Shown: positions 1 through 12,855, counted from the stretch's first letter. The stretch: DNA of 64,000 nt from Podarcis tiliguerta (GCA_965153285.1 OZ229116.1); one strand, 5' to 3'. Made by a program: numbers and translations. The notes: generated by a model from the sequence alone, not told the origin.

Positions 1-132
1 CCTCTCCTGTCAAGGTGAGTTGAGAAGTGAGATACCACAACTATGGAAGTCACCACTTCTAATGCAAATAATAATCAGACCCATTGGAATGAAAGTCAAT
101 TTGAAAGAAAAGTTATAAAATTAGCTTTGTTA

Positions 133-429
<297 letters not shown>

Positions 430-1266
430 TTAAAAAACCCCATTATCAAACAAGCTAAAGGGAGCAATGGTGAGGAGAAGAGGGGGAGAGGAAGGGGAAG
501 TTCTGTTGCGTGATTGGAACTCCATGTGCACAGCATCTTATGCAGCCTAAACCTTCTATAGGCATGAGGTGTTGTTTTTTACTACCTCTTTGTACAGGGA
601 ATGGCTGATTAGGCTATTAAGACTGCCACAACTAGTTAGTTCTCACTTCAAATTGAATTCCCCAAATCTACCCCTTTCTCATCTTTCTGTAAATTTAATG
701 TATAATGGCAGCCAAAATATTTTCATGTGCCACAAAGGAATACACATCAACGTATAGTCACACTTAATGTGAAACACCTCATAACAGCATATCAATTTTC
801 TGCAGGAATGGAAGAGAGCACTGGCAAAACTGTGGCTTTCTCTGCAGTCATCTCTTGCTTTATGGACTGTAGGATCATCATTCAGTAATGCAAAATGGGA
901 CCAATGTCCTCCCAATCCCACTTCACCAATATGTCAACTCTCTGCTTCTCACATTGTCAAAATGAAACTGGTGCATCCCAGAGGCAGTTCTTTGGGTTTA
1001 CATCACATTACAGAGTCCCAGCCTACACCCAATAATCTAAACATTGGAAGCACCTGCCTTTACATTGTTCATTCCCTATCTTCCAAGTGCCAGGGGTGCT
1101 GAAACTTGTGACTGTCTAGGTGACTCTGCTGTTTCTCTACCCATGAAAATAACACTTGACAGCATTCAAATGAGCAGTTCAGTTCAACACAATGCTGCTT
1201 CCCTTGACACAGGTTGACTTAAAGAATCAACCACAGAGGGCAGCTTGGCAGCTTCAAAAAACATAC

Positions 1267-1385
1267 CTGAGCCGTGTAAAGACTTCACTTTCTTCTTCAG
1301 CAACCCATCCCACATCTGCAAGGGAGACCACTCCATCATCTCTCAGTGGGTTAGAATGACTGCCTTCTGCAGACTGAGATGGAAG
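1267..1385 (-). CDS. MTFR1: MTFR1 coding exon 3 (119 nt; LPSQSAEGSHSNPLRDDGVVSLADVGWVAEEESEVFTRLR)
   Basis: Acceptor tctag|CTT and donor CAG|gtatgt. Contains the family SLADVGWVA motif. Not captured by the ORF track. Confidence 0.92.
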
Positions 1386-2580
1386 CTAGATTTGAGTGGA
1401 CAAGATTACATATTAGAATTCAAATAGCACTAAGTCGACAATGATTTCACACATAGTCTTGCTTACTTGAGGGTAGTGGAAGGATGAAACATCCTCCTAT
1501 TATGTCAGAGAGAAATAGACGGAAAAGGAGAAAGATTTTACACCAGGGATAAATCCCACAAAGAATACTGCATGTGAACTAAACACAGAAATTTTAGTAT
1601 TATCACGATTAATCTATGAAATACAAAACATGAACTAATACAGTACAACAAATTGCAAATAAACCTATGTTTTCCAATGTGTACAACGCCAGGCAAGTTT
1701 CTCTTTAACCTGCACCATAAGTCACTAGTTGCAATTTGGAAAGTTACCTAAGCTAATAGTTACTGACTACAGTCCATGGACAATTCTCTAATCTCACCAA
1801 GCATCTAGCAGTGCCATTCTTACCAAGTTCCCAAAAGGAATGTTTTCATGCAAAAGAAGATTCAGATTAAAGATTAAAGTAAACCGGGGAATAATATTCT
1901 ACATGGCAGAGCTAGCAAGAAACCTGGTCTGCATTCAATGTGCCCTTCCAGTTAGTAATACTTTGGTGAGAAATAGGAGTAAAGATAGAAAGTGCAAAAT
2001 GTACACTGGGAATATGCACTATATGGCCAGAGGATGTGGGTGCAGTTCTAATGTCAAATAGTATCTGTTTCCAGATTTGCCAACAAAGCTAAGAAAGCAC
2101 CATGATCAATACATAATGGGTTGATACTGCTGTCAAGCAACTGTGGATTTTTTTTCCTAGGCCAACTCCAAATATATGAAATATTTTCCTAGCCTTAAAG
2201 ACTTGGAGCCAAATTTACAGGCCTAAGCAGAGGTTTGCTATTACATATTCTGTGTGGATCTAGTTGTTGAGACAGACAGACAGACAGACAGACAGAAAGA
2301 CAGAGATTGTCAAGTGCACCTATCCCTTGACTATCACTGGGTTATTCTGACATGACTTCCAAGGTGACTAAAATAGCAAGTTGCAGTATAGCTTTAAACT
2401 CTACATTTGAAGCTCAATTAAGACATGACACTCAACTGTGACTCACACTAACAGTAGTTTAATGTAAACCACGTTTGAGCTCCCATATGTACAGGCACAT
2501 AGTGATTTAGAGCAATGCTACTCAAAGTGGCTGAGGCAACCCAGCCAGATGGATGGGGTATAAATAATAAATTTATTACT

Positions 2581-2581
<1 letters not shown>

Positions 2582-2624
<43 letters not shown>
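2582..2624. repeat. (TAT)n microsatellite
   Basis: About 14 perfect TAT units. Confidence 0.95.
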
Positions 2625-5134
2625 GTAAAGTGGTGGTCCATGGACCAGTGCTGTTCTGTGAGTCATCAGTTGCTGGCCCCTGGCAACACCACACAGCCCA
2701 GGTTGGGTGGGGCATTTCAGGGACCAAATATATTACTAGTTCTTAGCCCATTAGGGGAGGGAATAGCTCAAGATAACTTGAGAAGTGCTGCTTTAGAGCT
2801 TTTCATCTTCTTAGTGCTTCAGTCTCTAGGTTATGGGCAGCCGACATGGAAACCTCCAGATGTTAGATTACAACTCCAATTACAGTATCTCTTTCCACTG
2901 GCCATGTTGGCTAGGGCTGATGGGAGTACAAGAGTCCCATATCCCCATCTGTGGCAAGCATCCAAATCACCCACCACACATTTCTTTGTCCAACTATACT
3001 ACACCTTTAAAGTCACAACGCCTTATTAAAGCCGCAATCGTATGCCCACTTGAGCAGAATAAGTCCCATTGAATATAGCGGGTCTTGCTTCTGAGTAAGT
3101 GTGCACAGGATTGCCTCAACAGCTTCTCTACCACAGTTGCAGAACAAAAACTTGCAGCAGTTAAAGCCCCCTATGTAAGATCAAGCAGAAAATTAAGGCT
3201 CTAAAAGTTAATTTGATTTATGGTTCTTAATAGCAGTTCATTATGATTACAAGCATGCACTAATAGCTTAATCAAGTTTAATGAGAAAGGACAAAACTGA
3301 CTTACTGCAGGTTCAGTGCACGATCCTGTGATATAATAGCTAAAGCAAGAAAGAAAGAAAAAAGAGGGAAAGAGAGAACACTATAGAAAAGTTTCAGTGT
3401 AGCAACAATCTAGAAAAAAGCAAGAGTTCAACCTTGGCACTGATTCTGCTGCTGAAACACATATCAAATCCTCACAACTGAGTAATATAAGGCTGTTCAA
3501 TTTAGGGAATGGATATAATACCCCTTTCAGCTTGGAAACCACATTAACTGTACCCAAAGAATATGTTTGCATACTCTCTCCTCTAGCTGCTTCCCACTTT
3601 TGTTGGAAATATCTGTAGGGTTCACACATTCTTGGCTCAGTTCCAGAGAAAGCCATCATTTGTGCTCACCATCGATCCTCCCTGGCACACATGCCAAAGG
3701 ATTTACAGAGGGGTGTTTGTCTCTGTGGTGCTGGGCCTCTGGAGCAGGCTGAAGCCAATCCCTTGTGCTGCTTTTGCATGGTCAGCAGCACAGAAAGAAC
3801 CAACCTCTCCCCACTTCTGCAAGTGAGAGGAAAGGTATCATGTCCTACCGAGCTTTCAAGCAATAGAAGCAGGCTCAAAAGCTCAGTGTCAAATAACAGA
3901 CTTCAGTGAGTGAGGATCCTCTCCATTATGAGGAATCCTGGCTTACCAGAGGGCCAAAGCTCTTATTCCTGGTGAATAATTTTATGGATGAAGGCCAGTG
4001 AGAAAATTTTGCAGATAGAGATGAAATATTATTCCTTGCTTCCTATTCCTTTCTTTCCCAAATAAACCTTGTTGACGCAGTCCATTTTCATGTTAAGAGG
4101 TAACATCTAAACCTCAAAGCCCATTATAACTGGAAACAGGTAAGTGTGTAACAAAGAGGTTTGAATGCAGGTGGACCAACAAAAGAAGGAAACATCTGTT
4201 CTTTTTACCTTTTATAAAAAGGCTAGAAACTATACCAATTTTAATGTATCATACAAGTGTATTTTGAAACAGCTAACTTCAATGTAGTCATAAATTTAAA
4301 ATCATTACTATACTTGAATATATTTTCTCTTCAAGAACAATTTAGAACCCAGAAGATTTCAGTAAAATTAAATGCTACTGTCATACGACTACAATAAAAA
4401 CACAGAATTCACAACTAATGTAAAATTCCCTGAAAGATTTCTTTCCTCCCACTTTCAAATTTGAAGAATGAATGCTAGTGTAAATCACGTTTAATTAAAA
4501 CAGTAACTTCAGAACTGCATGCATCACAAGGACATGGTTTTATTTAAAATCCGTGGAACTATTGTCAGAAAAGTCACAGAAGAACAAGCATATGCAAAAC
4601 CAGAATCCTGGGTGGCAGTGGCACCCTCAGTCTACAAACACTGGCATTTGGCATATAATCACAATATGACTTGTATTATTACAGAACTAAGATTCCGAAA
4701 AGGTTGCACTTGTTTATATTGAAGGAACACATATTATTCTAAAAGTCAAAATAATGCTCTTTATATTTGAAACATGTTTAAATTTGTTTTACATGTATTA
4801 CATTTGTTTGCCCTTCAAAGATTCTATGTATCTACTGTATTTCTCTCCACCTTTATAAGAAGTGCCAACACTTCTTCCCCAGCCCTGCTTCACCATTTTG
4901 TTCCATCCGATTTTCACTTAATTATAAATAAAAGTGTCTACTATTCTATGTATCATTAGGACACTTCATCCAATTCCATCCCATTTAACTGTGTTTCCGC
5001 AACTCAAAAATGCACTTATACAACTCCAGGCTAACACTGAGAAGAAATAATTATGAAAGTGTATACCTGTATATATTAATCCTCCAACTGGGAAGCAATG
5101 TTAGTACTGTATCTTACAGCTAAAATGAAGAATT

Positions 5135-5262
5135 TGGGGGCACCCTAAAAAGTAACACATTCTAATATATACTTTTGTAAGCTAATCTGATTTAGTGGAG
5201 TGTAGTCCATGAAAGCTTATGCCATAAGAAATTTGTTAGTCTTTTAGGTGCCACAAAGCTGT
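5135..5262. mobile_element. Penelope-like element terminal-repeat remnant (inverted pair)
   Basis: ctga..agtgga..agtccatgaaagcttatgccataagaaatttgttagtcttttaggtgccacaa resembles sauropsid Penelope pLTR sequence. A degenerate inverted copy precedes it. Confidence 0.55.
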
Positions 5263-5845
5263 TATTTATTTATTTATTCTATTTAATTGTAATTATGCTG
5301 TGCCTTTCCCCCAGAACTAGGACTCACAGCTGCTCACAAAAATTAAAACAAATACCAATAAAACACAAATAGCTAAAAACATATAAATGGTTATTGTTAA
5401 AAAGTAATTAAATTGTATTCTGAATTAAAACAATGTAAAAAACTACTAAAATGCAGATAGTAAAAAACCGTACAGCACACTATTAAGAGGCCTTTCCTTA
5501 AGAACAGCCAGTTTCCAGAAGCCTGGGGAAAAAAGACTTCACTTGCTGGCAAAAGGACAAGGAGGAAGCTAGTGCAGCTTCTTTAGGGAGTTCCGAAGTC
5601 TCAGAGCAGCCACCAAGAAGGCCCTGTACTGCATCCCCATGAGGCACGCCTGTGAAGGTGGCAAGACTAAAAGTAAAACATTCCCCAAAGACCTGAGCTT
5701 GGACATGTTTGTATAGAAGAATATGGTCCTTCAGATGGCCTGGACCAAAGCTGTATAGGGCTTTAGATAACACAACCAGCACTTTGAAGTGTGCCTGAAA
5801 ACAGACTGGTAGCCAGTGAAGCTCTTGTAACAAGGGAGTTGTGTC
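5263..5845 (-). mobile_element. L2/CR1-clade LINE 3' fragment (end of ORF2 and 3' UTR)
   Basis: Minus-strand translation LQELHWLPVCFQAHFKVLVVLSKALYSFGPGHLKDHI matches the L2 ORF2 C-terminal LHWLP..FK.L...KAL..GP.YL motif. (TTAT)n tail near 5263-5280. Confidence 0.75.
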
Positions 5846-6260
5846 CCTATCAACTCTCTAGTAGTTATAATAATATAATTTTTTTTTTGGTACCCCACTC
5901 ATCTGACTGGGTTGCCCCAGCCACTTTGAGTGGCTTCCAACAGAATATATGAAAACACAACAGAACACAACACGTTAAAGGCTTCTTGATACTTTTTATC
6001 CTTTGTCTGACCTTTCTTAACACAGCTGAATCACAAGCAGCTTTTACATTGCAAAGTGTGGGTTGAGTAAATGCAACTGGAGCTCTCCCTTCTAAGCATA
6101 TAGAAAGTCTTTGTGCAAGAGCTGGCTATATACAGATTTTTTTCAACTTACAGTGACACCTTAACAAGCCATTGCTGAACCCCATTTCCAAAGCTTCATA
6201 ACAATAACATAGAATGGGAATACTGGTATGCAGTGAAGGAAACATCCGAGAAGATAATTA

Positions 6261-7146
6261 CCGTATTTTTCGCCCTATAGGACGCACCGTCCCATAAGGC
6301 GCACCTAGTTTTTTGGGGGGGAAATAAAGGAAAAAAATTATTTCCCCCCCAGGCGCGGGGTTGGGGAAGCCCGAGCTTCCCCCGACCCCAGCCCCCAAAC
6401 AGGCAGCTCTCTGCAAGCCGTGGGAGCCCAGTGCTGGCTCCCGCTGCTAGCGGAGAGGTCCGCGAAGCCTGGACGCGCTGAGCTCAGCGCGCGCAGGCTT
6501 CCGCATGCAGGCACCTCTCCGCCAGCAGCGGGAGCGCTCCCGCTGCTAGCGGAGAGGTCCGCGAAGCCTGGACGCGCTGAGCTCAGCGCGCGCAGGCTTC
6601 CGCATGCAGGCACCTCTCCGCCAGCAGCGGGAGCGATCCCGCTGCTAGCGGAGAGGTCCGCGAAGCCTGGACGCGCTGAGCTCAGCGCGCGCAGGCTTCC
6701 GCATGCAGGCACCTCTCCGCCAGCAGCGGGAGCGATCCCGCTGCTAGCGGAGAGGTCCGCGAAGCCTGGACGCGCTGAGCTCAGCGCGCGCAGGCTTCCG
6801 CATGCAGGCACCTCTCCGCCAGCAGCGGGAGCGATCCCGCTGCTAGCGGAGAGGTCCGCGAAGCCTGGACGCGCTGAGCTCAGCGCGCGCAGGCTTCCGC
6901 ATGCAGGCACCTCTCCGCCAGCAGCGGGAGCGATCCCGCTGCTAGCGGAGAGGTCCGCGAAGCCTGGACGCGCTGAGCTCAGCGCGCGCAGGCTTCAGCA
7001 TGCAGGCACCTCTCCGCCAGCAGCGGGAGCGCTCCTGCTGTTTGCGGAGAGGTCCGCGAAGCCTGCATTCGCCCCATAGGACGCACCCAGATTTCCCCTT
7101 CATTTTTGGAGGGGAAAAAGTGCGTCCTATAGGGCGAAAAATACGG
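6261..7146. mobile_element. Non-autonomous Tc1/mariner (Tc2/pogo-like) MITE with internal tandem array
   Basis: Perfect 27-bp TIRs CCGTATTTTTCGCCCTATAGGACGCAC (6261-6287 and 7120-7146), TA on both flanks (6259-60, 7147-48), subterminal TIR-like copies near 6291 and 7070. Confidence 0.9.
6438..7065. repeat. 99-bp GC-rich tandem repeat, about 6.3 copies, each unit an imperfect palindrome
   Basis: Units start at 6438, 6537, 6636, 6735, 6834, 6933 and 7032 (partial) and are near-identical. Confidence 0.97.
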
Positions 7147-8394
7147 TACCATTTACTCTGTCAACATGCCAAGATTTAAAAAGAGTCATAGATGTGACTC
7201 CTGGGGCTGTAGACAAAAGGAGCTCTGTTTCAATAAAAAAATTCCCAAGTTCAGAGCCAATTTCTAGCTGCATTAGAGACAATCACTCACTCAACATTTG
7301 CAGTAATAGGCTCTGCTGCTCCACAAAGTTACTCTACAGCAAGTTAATACAACATGCATAACCTCTCTACAATAGGAAGAAGACTGGGACAAATCCCTCT
7401 TCTAAGATGACAGAGACACAGCAAAGTTTTAAAACTGCTTAACTTTATTTTCATGAAAGCAAACTTTTCAAAGCATAGATCTACACTAGGACGTGCACCA
7501 GAATATTCATTGGAAGAGTTTGCTGAACTTGTAGGCAGATGTTTAATGACAGCTATCTCTACTATTCCCCAGAGTCAATACTATTAAGCTTCCAACTCAC
7601 AATATCTTGCTGAATAAATGTTTCCATAAGATGTATTTTAAGACGTTTCCCCATGACATTCAACAATTTTAAAAACAACCAACAGAGGTACAGTTTTAAA
7701 GGAAGTTATACAATGTGCAAAAGCTGTCTGTTGGGTTAGCAGGCTGCTCAGAAGATAGAGAATGTAAACTATTAAAACATAATAACAAAGGTAAATTTTA
7801 ATAATTATACAGAACCTTCAGCAAAATGCTGTAGTGTGTCTCCAGCTCCAAAGAGGCAGATCCTCTGAGGTCTCTTCAGACCTTCTAAGTGGCGTATAGC
7901 ACAAAGAGGTGAGTATTGTAAGCTCACAAACACATTTGCTGTAAGTTTTAGGTGCTTCAACAGGTCCATTCTCTCTCTGACTCCCAACACCTCACCTGAC
8001 ACATTAGTACATCCTGAAAGCTGGTCCTTTCAAGCTTTTTTCAAGAATATTTTTTCCCTTTATTTGACAATATTTATATTGTTTCCCTACCTGGAGAAGC
8101 CTCCCCCCTATGTAAAACATCAAGGCCTGCTTCAGATACACTGTCCCTTCTCCCTGCCCACCCCTGAGTCAATTGACACCATCTGTCCTGTGAGGAAGAG
8201 ATCAAGGGAGGCATGTATAGACAAACTACATGGCCTGCTCTACTCGCCATGTTATATTGTTTCTTTTCATACTAAAAATTGTAAACTGCCTTGGCAGAAA
8301 GGCAGTATATATAAATGCAATGAATGAATGAATGAATGATCTCTGCTTAATTTTTGATGGTTACTGTTTTGTTTAAAACTGTTGGACAGTTGTA

Positions 8395-8760
8395 AAAGGT
8401 AAAGGTAAAGGGACCCCTGACCATTAAGTTTAGTCGTGACCGACTCTGGGGTTGCGCGCTCATCTCGCTCTATAGGCCGAGGGAGCCGGTGTTTGTCCGC
8501 AGACAGCTTCCGGGTCATGTGGCCAGCATGACTAAGCCGCTTCTGACGAACCAGAGCAGCACACAGAAACACTGTTTACCTTCCCGCCAGAGAGGTACCT
8601 ATTTATCTACTTGCACTTTGACATGCTTTCGAACTGCTAGGGTGGCAGGAGCAGGGACCGAACAACAGGAGCTCACCCCATTGCAGGGATTCAAACCGCC
8701 GACCTTCTGATCGGCAAGTCCTAGGCTCTGTGGTTTAACCCACAGTGCCACCCGCGTCCC
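8395..8760 (-). mobile_element. Sauria SINE, full length
   Basis: tRNA-like head GGGACGCGGGTGGCACTGTGG...GGTTTGAATCCC on the minus strand and an (ACCTTT)n tail. 13-bp TSD tt(g/a)gacagttgta at 8382-8394 and 8761-8773. Confidence 0.9.
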
Positions 8761-8928
8761 TTAGACAGTTGTAGTAGTTTCCTATTAGAGAAAAGTATGC
8801 TGGTTATGAGATATTTGACACAGCTTTCAAATTCACAGATGAAAAAACGTACCAACAGACTAGACCCATTAGTTTGCTCTGACCACTAAGATTAATTTAA
8901 TTTCCCTCTGGAAAGTGAAAAATATTTA

Positions 8929-9132
<204 letters not shown>

Positions 9133-9815
9133 TCACTTGGGAGTAAGCCCCAGTTAATGCTCTTTTGAATAAATATGCAGATGTGCACTGCAAAGCCTCT
9201 GTATCAAGAAAAGTGCATTGTGCAACATCATCCATCAACACACAAATACTTGTGCAATGGAACTTTTTCATTCTCTCCTCCCCCCTCCCCCCCCCAAAAA
9301 AGGAACAGGACAGGTTTGGGGATGTGCAGGGGGGAAGGAAATCTGTTCGGCTGTCAGAACAGCTACCATGAGATTTCATGCATTATGTTTTAACAAGGAT
9401 GATCTACACTGGAATTCTCATGTGGACAGAAGACTAGAGAAGGATAAGGAAATGAATCTGGCCAGTGGGCCAGACCTTGAGTTCCTCCACCACCACTGGG
9501 CCATTTTGACAGTTTTGAAATGGATGCAGACAAACAAGCCCACTCACTTGTCAATTCCTTGACGTAAGGTGAGTCATTTCTCTTTTGTAGCATGACAAGC
9601 CATGCTAAAAATAGAAATACAAGACCAATTAAGCAGGTCTTGAGATTACTGATGATCAGTAGTGACTTCAAGCTCCACTTTCTTTTAAATTATATTTTAA
9701 TTGATGTTTTATTGTTTTAATCTATTCTCCCAGTTTTAAGTAATCCTCCTTGGAACCTTAGGGTGAAGGATGGAATCAAAGCCTGAATAAATAAATTTTT
9801 AAAGTGTTTATAATA

Positions 9816-10040
9816 CAGTGGTACCTCGAGTTACAAACACTTCAGGTTACAAACTCTGCTAACCTGGAAGAGTTACCTCAAGTTGAGAACTCTGCCCTAG
9901 GATGAGAATGGAAATTGTGTGTCGGCAGTGCAGCGGCAGCAAGATGCCCCATTAGCGAAAGCACACCTCTAGTTAAGAACAGTTTCAGGTTAAGAACAGA
10001 CCTCCAGAACGAATTAAGTTCGTAACTAGAGGTACAACTG
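9816..10040. mobile_element. Tigger/mariner-like MITE (CAGTGGTACCTC family)
   Basis: TIRs CAGTGGTACCTCGAGTTAC / GTAACTAGAGGTACAACTG with TA flanks. Homologous to 24031-24272 and 49763-49900. Confidence 0.85.
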
Positions 10041-10307
10041 TACAGAGATTTGTCTACCCCTTCTAATGTAACATTCATCTAACTCCTGGGCAAAAAAGCA
10101 TACTGTGATGTGTTGACAAAACGTGTATGATGGCAAGGCCAAATGCACTTTGGAGGAGAAGGAGTTCTATAACCTGGGGGCCACAGGCACAAAAAGATGC
10201 TCTCAAACACTACTGCCACATGACCCTCAAAAGGGTGGCACTGTCAATAGGGTATTTCACACTGATCCTAACAGCCAGGCAAGTCTGTACTTCACTATAA
10301 CACTTAC

Positions 10308-10373
10308 TGATTCCATAGTTAATGCTGCTTTCTCAAATATCACTCTAAGTAGGTGCTTAATCCAGTAAATCAT
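10308..10373 (-). CDS. MTFR1: MTFR1 first coding segment (66 nt; MIYWIKHLLRVIFEKAALTMES); the exon probably starts at 10451 with 78 nt of 5' UTR
   Basis: ATG at 10373-10371, donor TCA|gtaagt at 10307, strong acceptor ctttgttttttctccccag at 10453-10452. Amphipathic N-terminus resembles the vertebrate MTFR1 M..WIK.L.R..F pattern. Confidence 0.88.
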
Positions 10374-10771
10374 CTGGAACAATGCAGGGTTTCCACAATC
10401 TTGTTAGCTAACCACCTCAGTTTGCTGGAATGCAAATGTTCCATAGTCACTCTGGGGAGAAAAAACAAAGTGTGAAACCATGAGTATCTGTGTGCAACTC
10501 TTTCAAACTATGAGAAATGATCTAGAAGAAAATATATCAAAAAAAGCTAAGTCCACAATTTGCACTGCAAGTAAGCAATCAGTATTTATTGATTGTAATT
10601 TGTAAACTCACTTTCAGGTGCTGTCAAAACTGTCAAGTAGGATTTCCATAAATTGAAAATAAAGTTCTAGGGTGCAAGCAGGTTTGGTCATCAGTATATT
10701 GATGTCACTTGGCTCTACCTTTCCTTTCCATGTTCAGTTCCCAAGGAAGCTGTTGAAATCTTAAACCAGTA

Positions 10772-11025
10772 CAGTGGAACCTTGGGTTGCAGACATAATC
10801 CATGACGGAGACACGTCCGCAATCCGCAGCGTTTGCATCCTGAAGCGCAGGATCTGTGCAGGCGCAATTTGGCGCTGCTGCGCATGTGCAAAACATGATT
10901 TAGCACTTCTGCACATGTGTGAGTGGCGAAACCTGGAAGTAACCCATTCCAGTACTTCCGGGTTTCCCGCAGTCCGCAATCCGAAAACACATAAACTGAA
11001 ACATCCATAACATGAGGTATGACCG
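10772..11025. mobile_element. Tigger/mariner-like MITE
   Basis: TA-CAGTGGAACCT...AGGTATGACCG-TA ends with a CpG-rich interior. A related copy lies in the opposite orientation at 47442-47694. Confidence 0.7.
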
Positions 11026-11039
11026 TACCTAGTGGCAGT

Positions 11040-11435
11040 TCTGGGATGGATGCAGCAAACAAGCTAAAACTGAATCAGAGCAAGATAATGCTGTGGGTGG
11101 GGAGTTCCCAGTTCCAGAAGATAGTTTACAACTGGTTTTGGATGGACTGGTACTCTCCCTGATAGAAGAAGTATATAGTTTGGGAGTGCTCATGAATTTG
11201 GCACTCACTGGGGAAACCCAGTAAGTATCAGTGACCAGGAGTGTTTTTGGTTTTTGTTTTATCAGCACTGGCTCGTATGCCAACTGCTCCACTAACATGA
11301 ATGGGATGACTCTGCCACAGTCATCCACATTTTGGTCATATTCCAACCAGACTACTGCAATGTGTTCTATGTGGGGCTGCCTTTGGAAACTTTGGAAACT
11401 TCAGGTGGTTCAGAATGTAGCTGCCAGGATTCCAC
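11040..11435 (+). mobile_element. L2-clade LINE reverse-transcriptase fragment (degraded)
   Basis: Frameshifted motifs ANKLKLN..K, DYCNVFYVGLP and KLQVVQNVAAR are typical of L2 ORF2. Confidence 0.75.
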
Positions 11436-12786
11436 TCTGAATGTGTGTATCTGTGTATCTATGGAACATAACTGACAAGAAAGTACTAGTGACAATTAAA
11501 AGACAAGATTCTTAAGAGCTTATGTTTTCAAGAAGCTTATATTTCATTCAAACACCTCTCACAAGGAACGTTGGTTATATCTTGTGCACATCTAAGCCTT
11601 ACCCCACAATGTTTCAATTTTTAAAAAATCTTACACTGCTTCCAGTCCTGTGACAAATGCCCAAAAATTGTCATTTAATTTTTTTTTTATAACAGAAACA
11701 AATAATAAATTATCATTTATTATTTGTTTCTGTTATTAAAAAAAATGATTTAAGATAGCATGAAATAGTTGGTGAGAAAGTTGTTCAGAAAATAGCCTTG
11801 AGAGCTGCAGTTCTCACCATGATTCCATTTACACTTTGATCTTGCATACCCACATATACATGGCAACTTGACTAAGGGTCAATATGCCTTTGGCCTGATA
11901 ATGGTGTATTTCAGGATTTTTGAATCAAATCCATACATCATCAAAAAACCTACAAATATCTACTGCTCTCAGTTTAGTTCCTCTAAGAAAGACGAATTTG
12001 ATAATGTGAACATAATTATGATCATTTTGGAAACTTGTTAAACTTCTTAGTCTGCTACATAATGGAAAAAGTGAATGGTATTTTTTTTAAAAAAATGACA
12101 AGTCAGCAGACTACAAGACACTTGGGACAGTTCTAGCAAGAACTATTGTAGTTAATTCATTGCCAGTGCTTTCATTACAAGCTTGTTTTAGTCAACAGTT
12201 TACCACTCCTAGGTAATAATATCTTCATGTGGAAACTTGGCACAGGCAACCTCAGTTGCACTGCCTTGAGGTTTACCGTTTATGGGATGTTTGAGATGCT
12301 GGTGCAGCTGTTCAGTTGACAGTTTCTCACATGCAGTACATGGTATGCACTTCAGGGCTGCCATTTATTTTGTATCCCTTTGAACCTGGAATCATTTTCT
12401 TAGACTTAGATGGATCATTCCGTAAGACTAAAGCATATTTTCTTAAGAAAGCACAAATATCTGCTAGCAGCAACTTCTGACCCATCTGGGAAATAATGTA
12501 TCACCGCATTCTCAAAACTAAACATGACAATACGTACTGTAATTCCATGTTTCTATTCTGGAAGCCGTAGAAGGGGAAACTATTAGGAGCCCTCTTTGCA
12601 AACTTTGACTTCCCCTTGGCTTCTCAACAAAGCAATCTGAAATTATTATGGGTACCTGCATGGCTTTCTACTGCCACTTATTTGTGATTGTCTCCCTACC
12701 CCTTATCCCACCCCCCCAATGCCACCTACCCACATTTACATTTAAAGACTAGCAAATGTAATATGACAAACTTTCAGGGATTAGAC

Positions 12787-12855
12787 TCATCAGATGCAAG
12801 TGGACTTATTCATCAGATGCAAGTGGACTAATTCATCAGATGCAAGTGGACTTAT
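12787..12855. repeat. 23-bp tandem triplication inside a Penelope-like remnant
   Basis: tcatcagatgcaagtggactta(t) occurs three times. Flanks (12740-12880) resemble inverted Penelope pLTR sequence. Confidence 0.8.

Noticed and set aside
3666-3878. Minus-strand ORF ending at a donor-like G|GTGAGC in MTFR1 intron 3
   Set aside because: No convincing acceptor or MTFR1 similarity, and the flanking exons already join in frame.
6438-7065. CRISPR-like appearance (palindromic repeats in an array)
   Set aside because: There are no unique spacers, the units are contiguous, the context is vertebrate, and there are no cas genes.
6338-7079. Overlapping 190-aa (minus) and 219-aa (plus) ORFs with 33-aa repeats
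   Set aside because: They arise because the GC-rich 99-bp unit is a multiple of 3 and lacks stops in those frames. They lie inside a MITE in an intron and resemble no protein I recognise.
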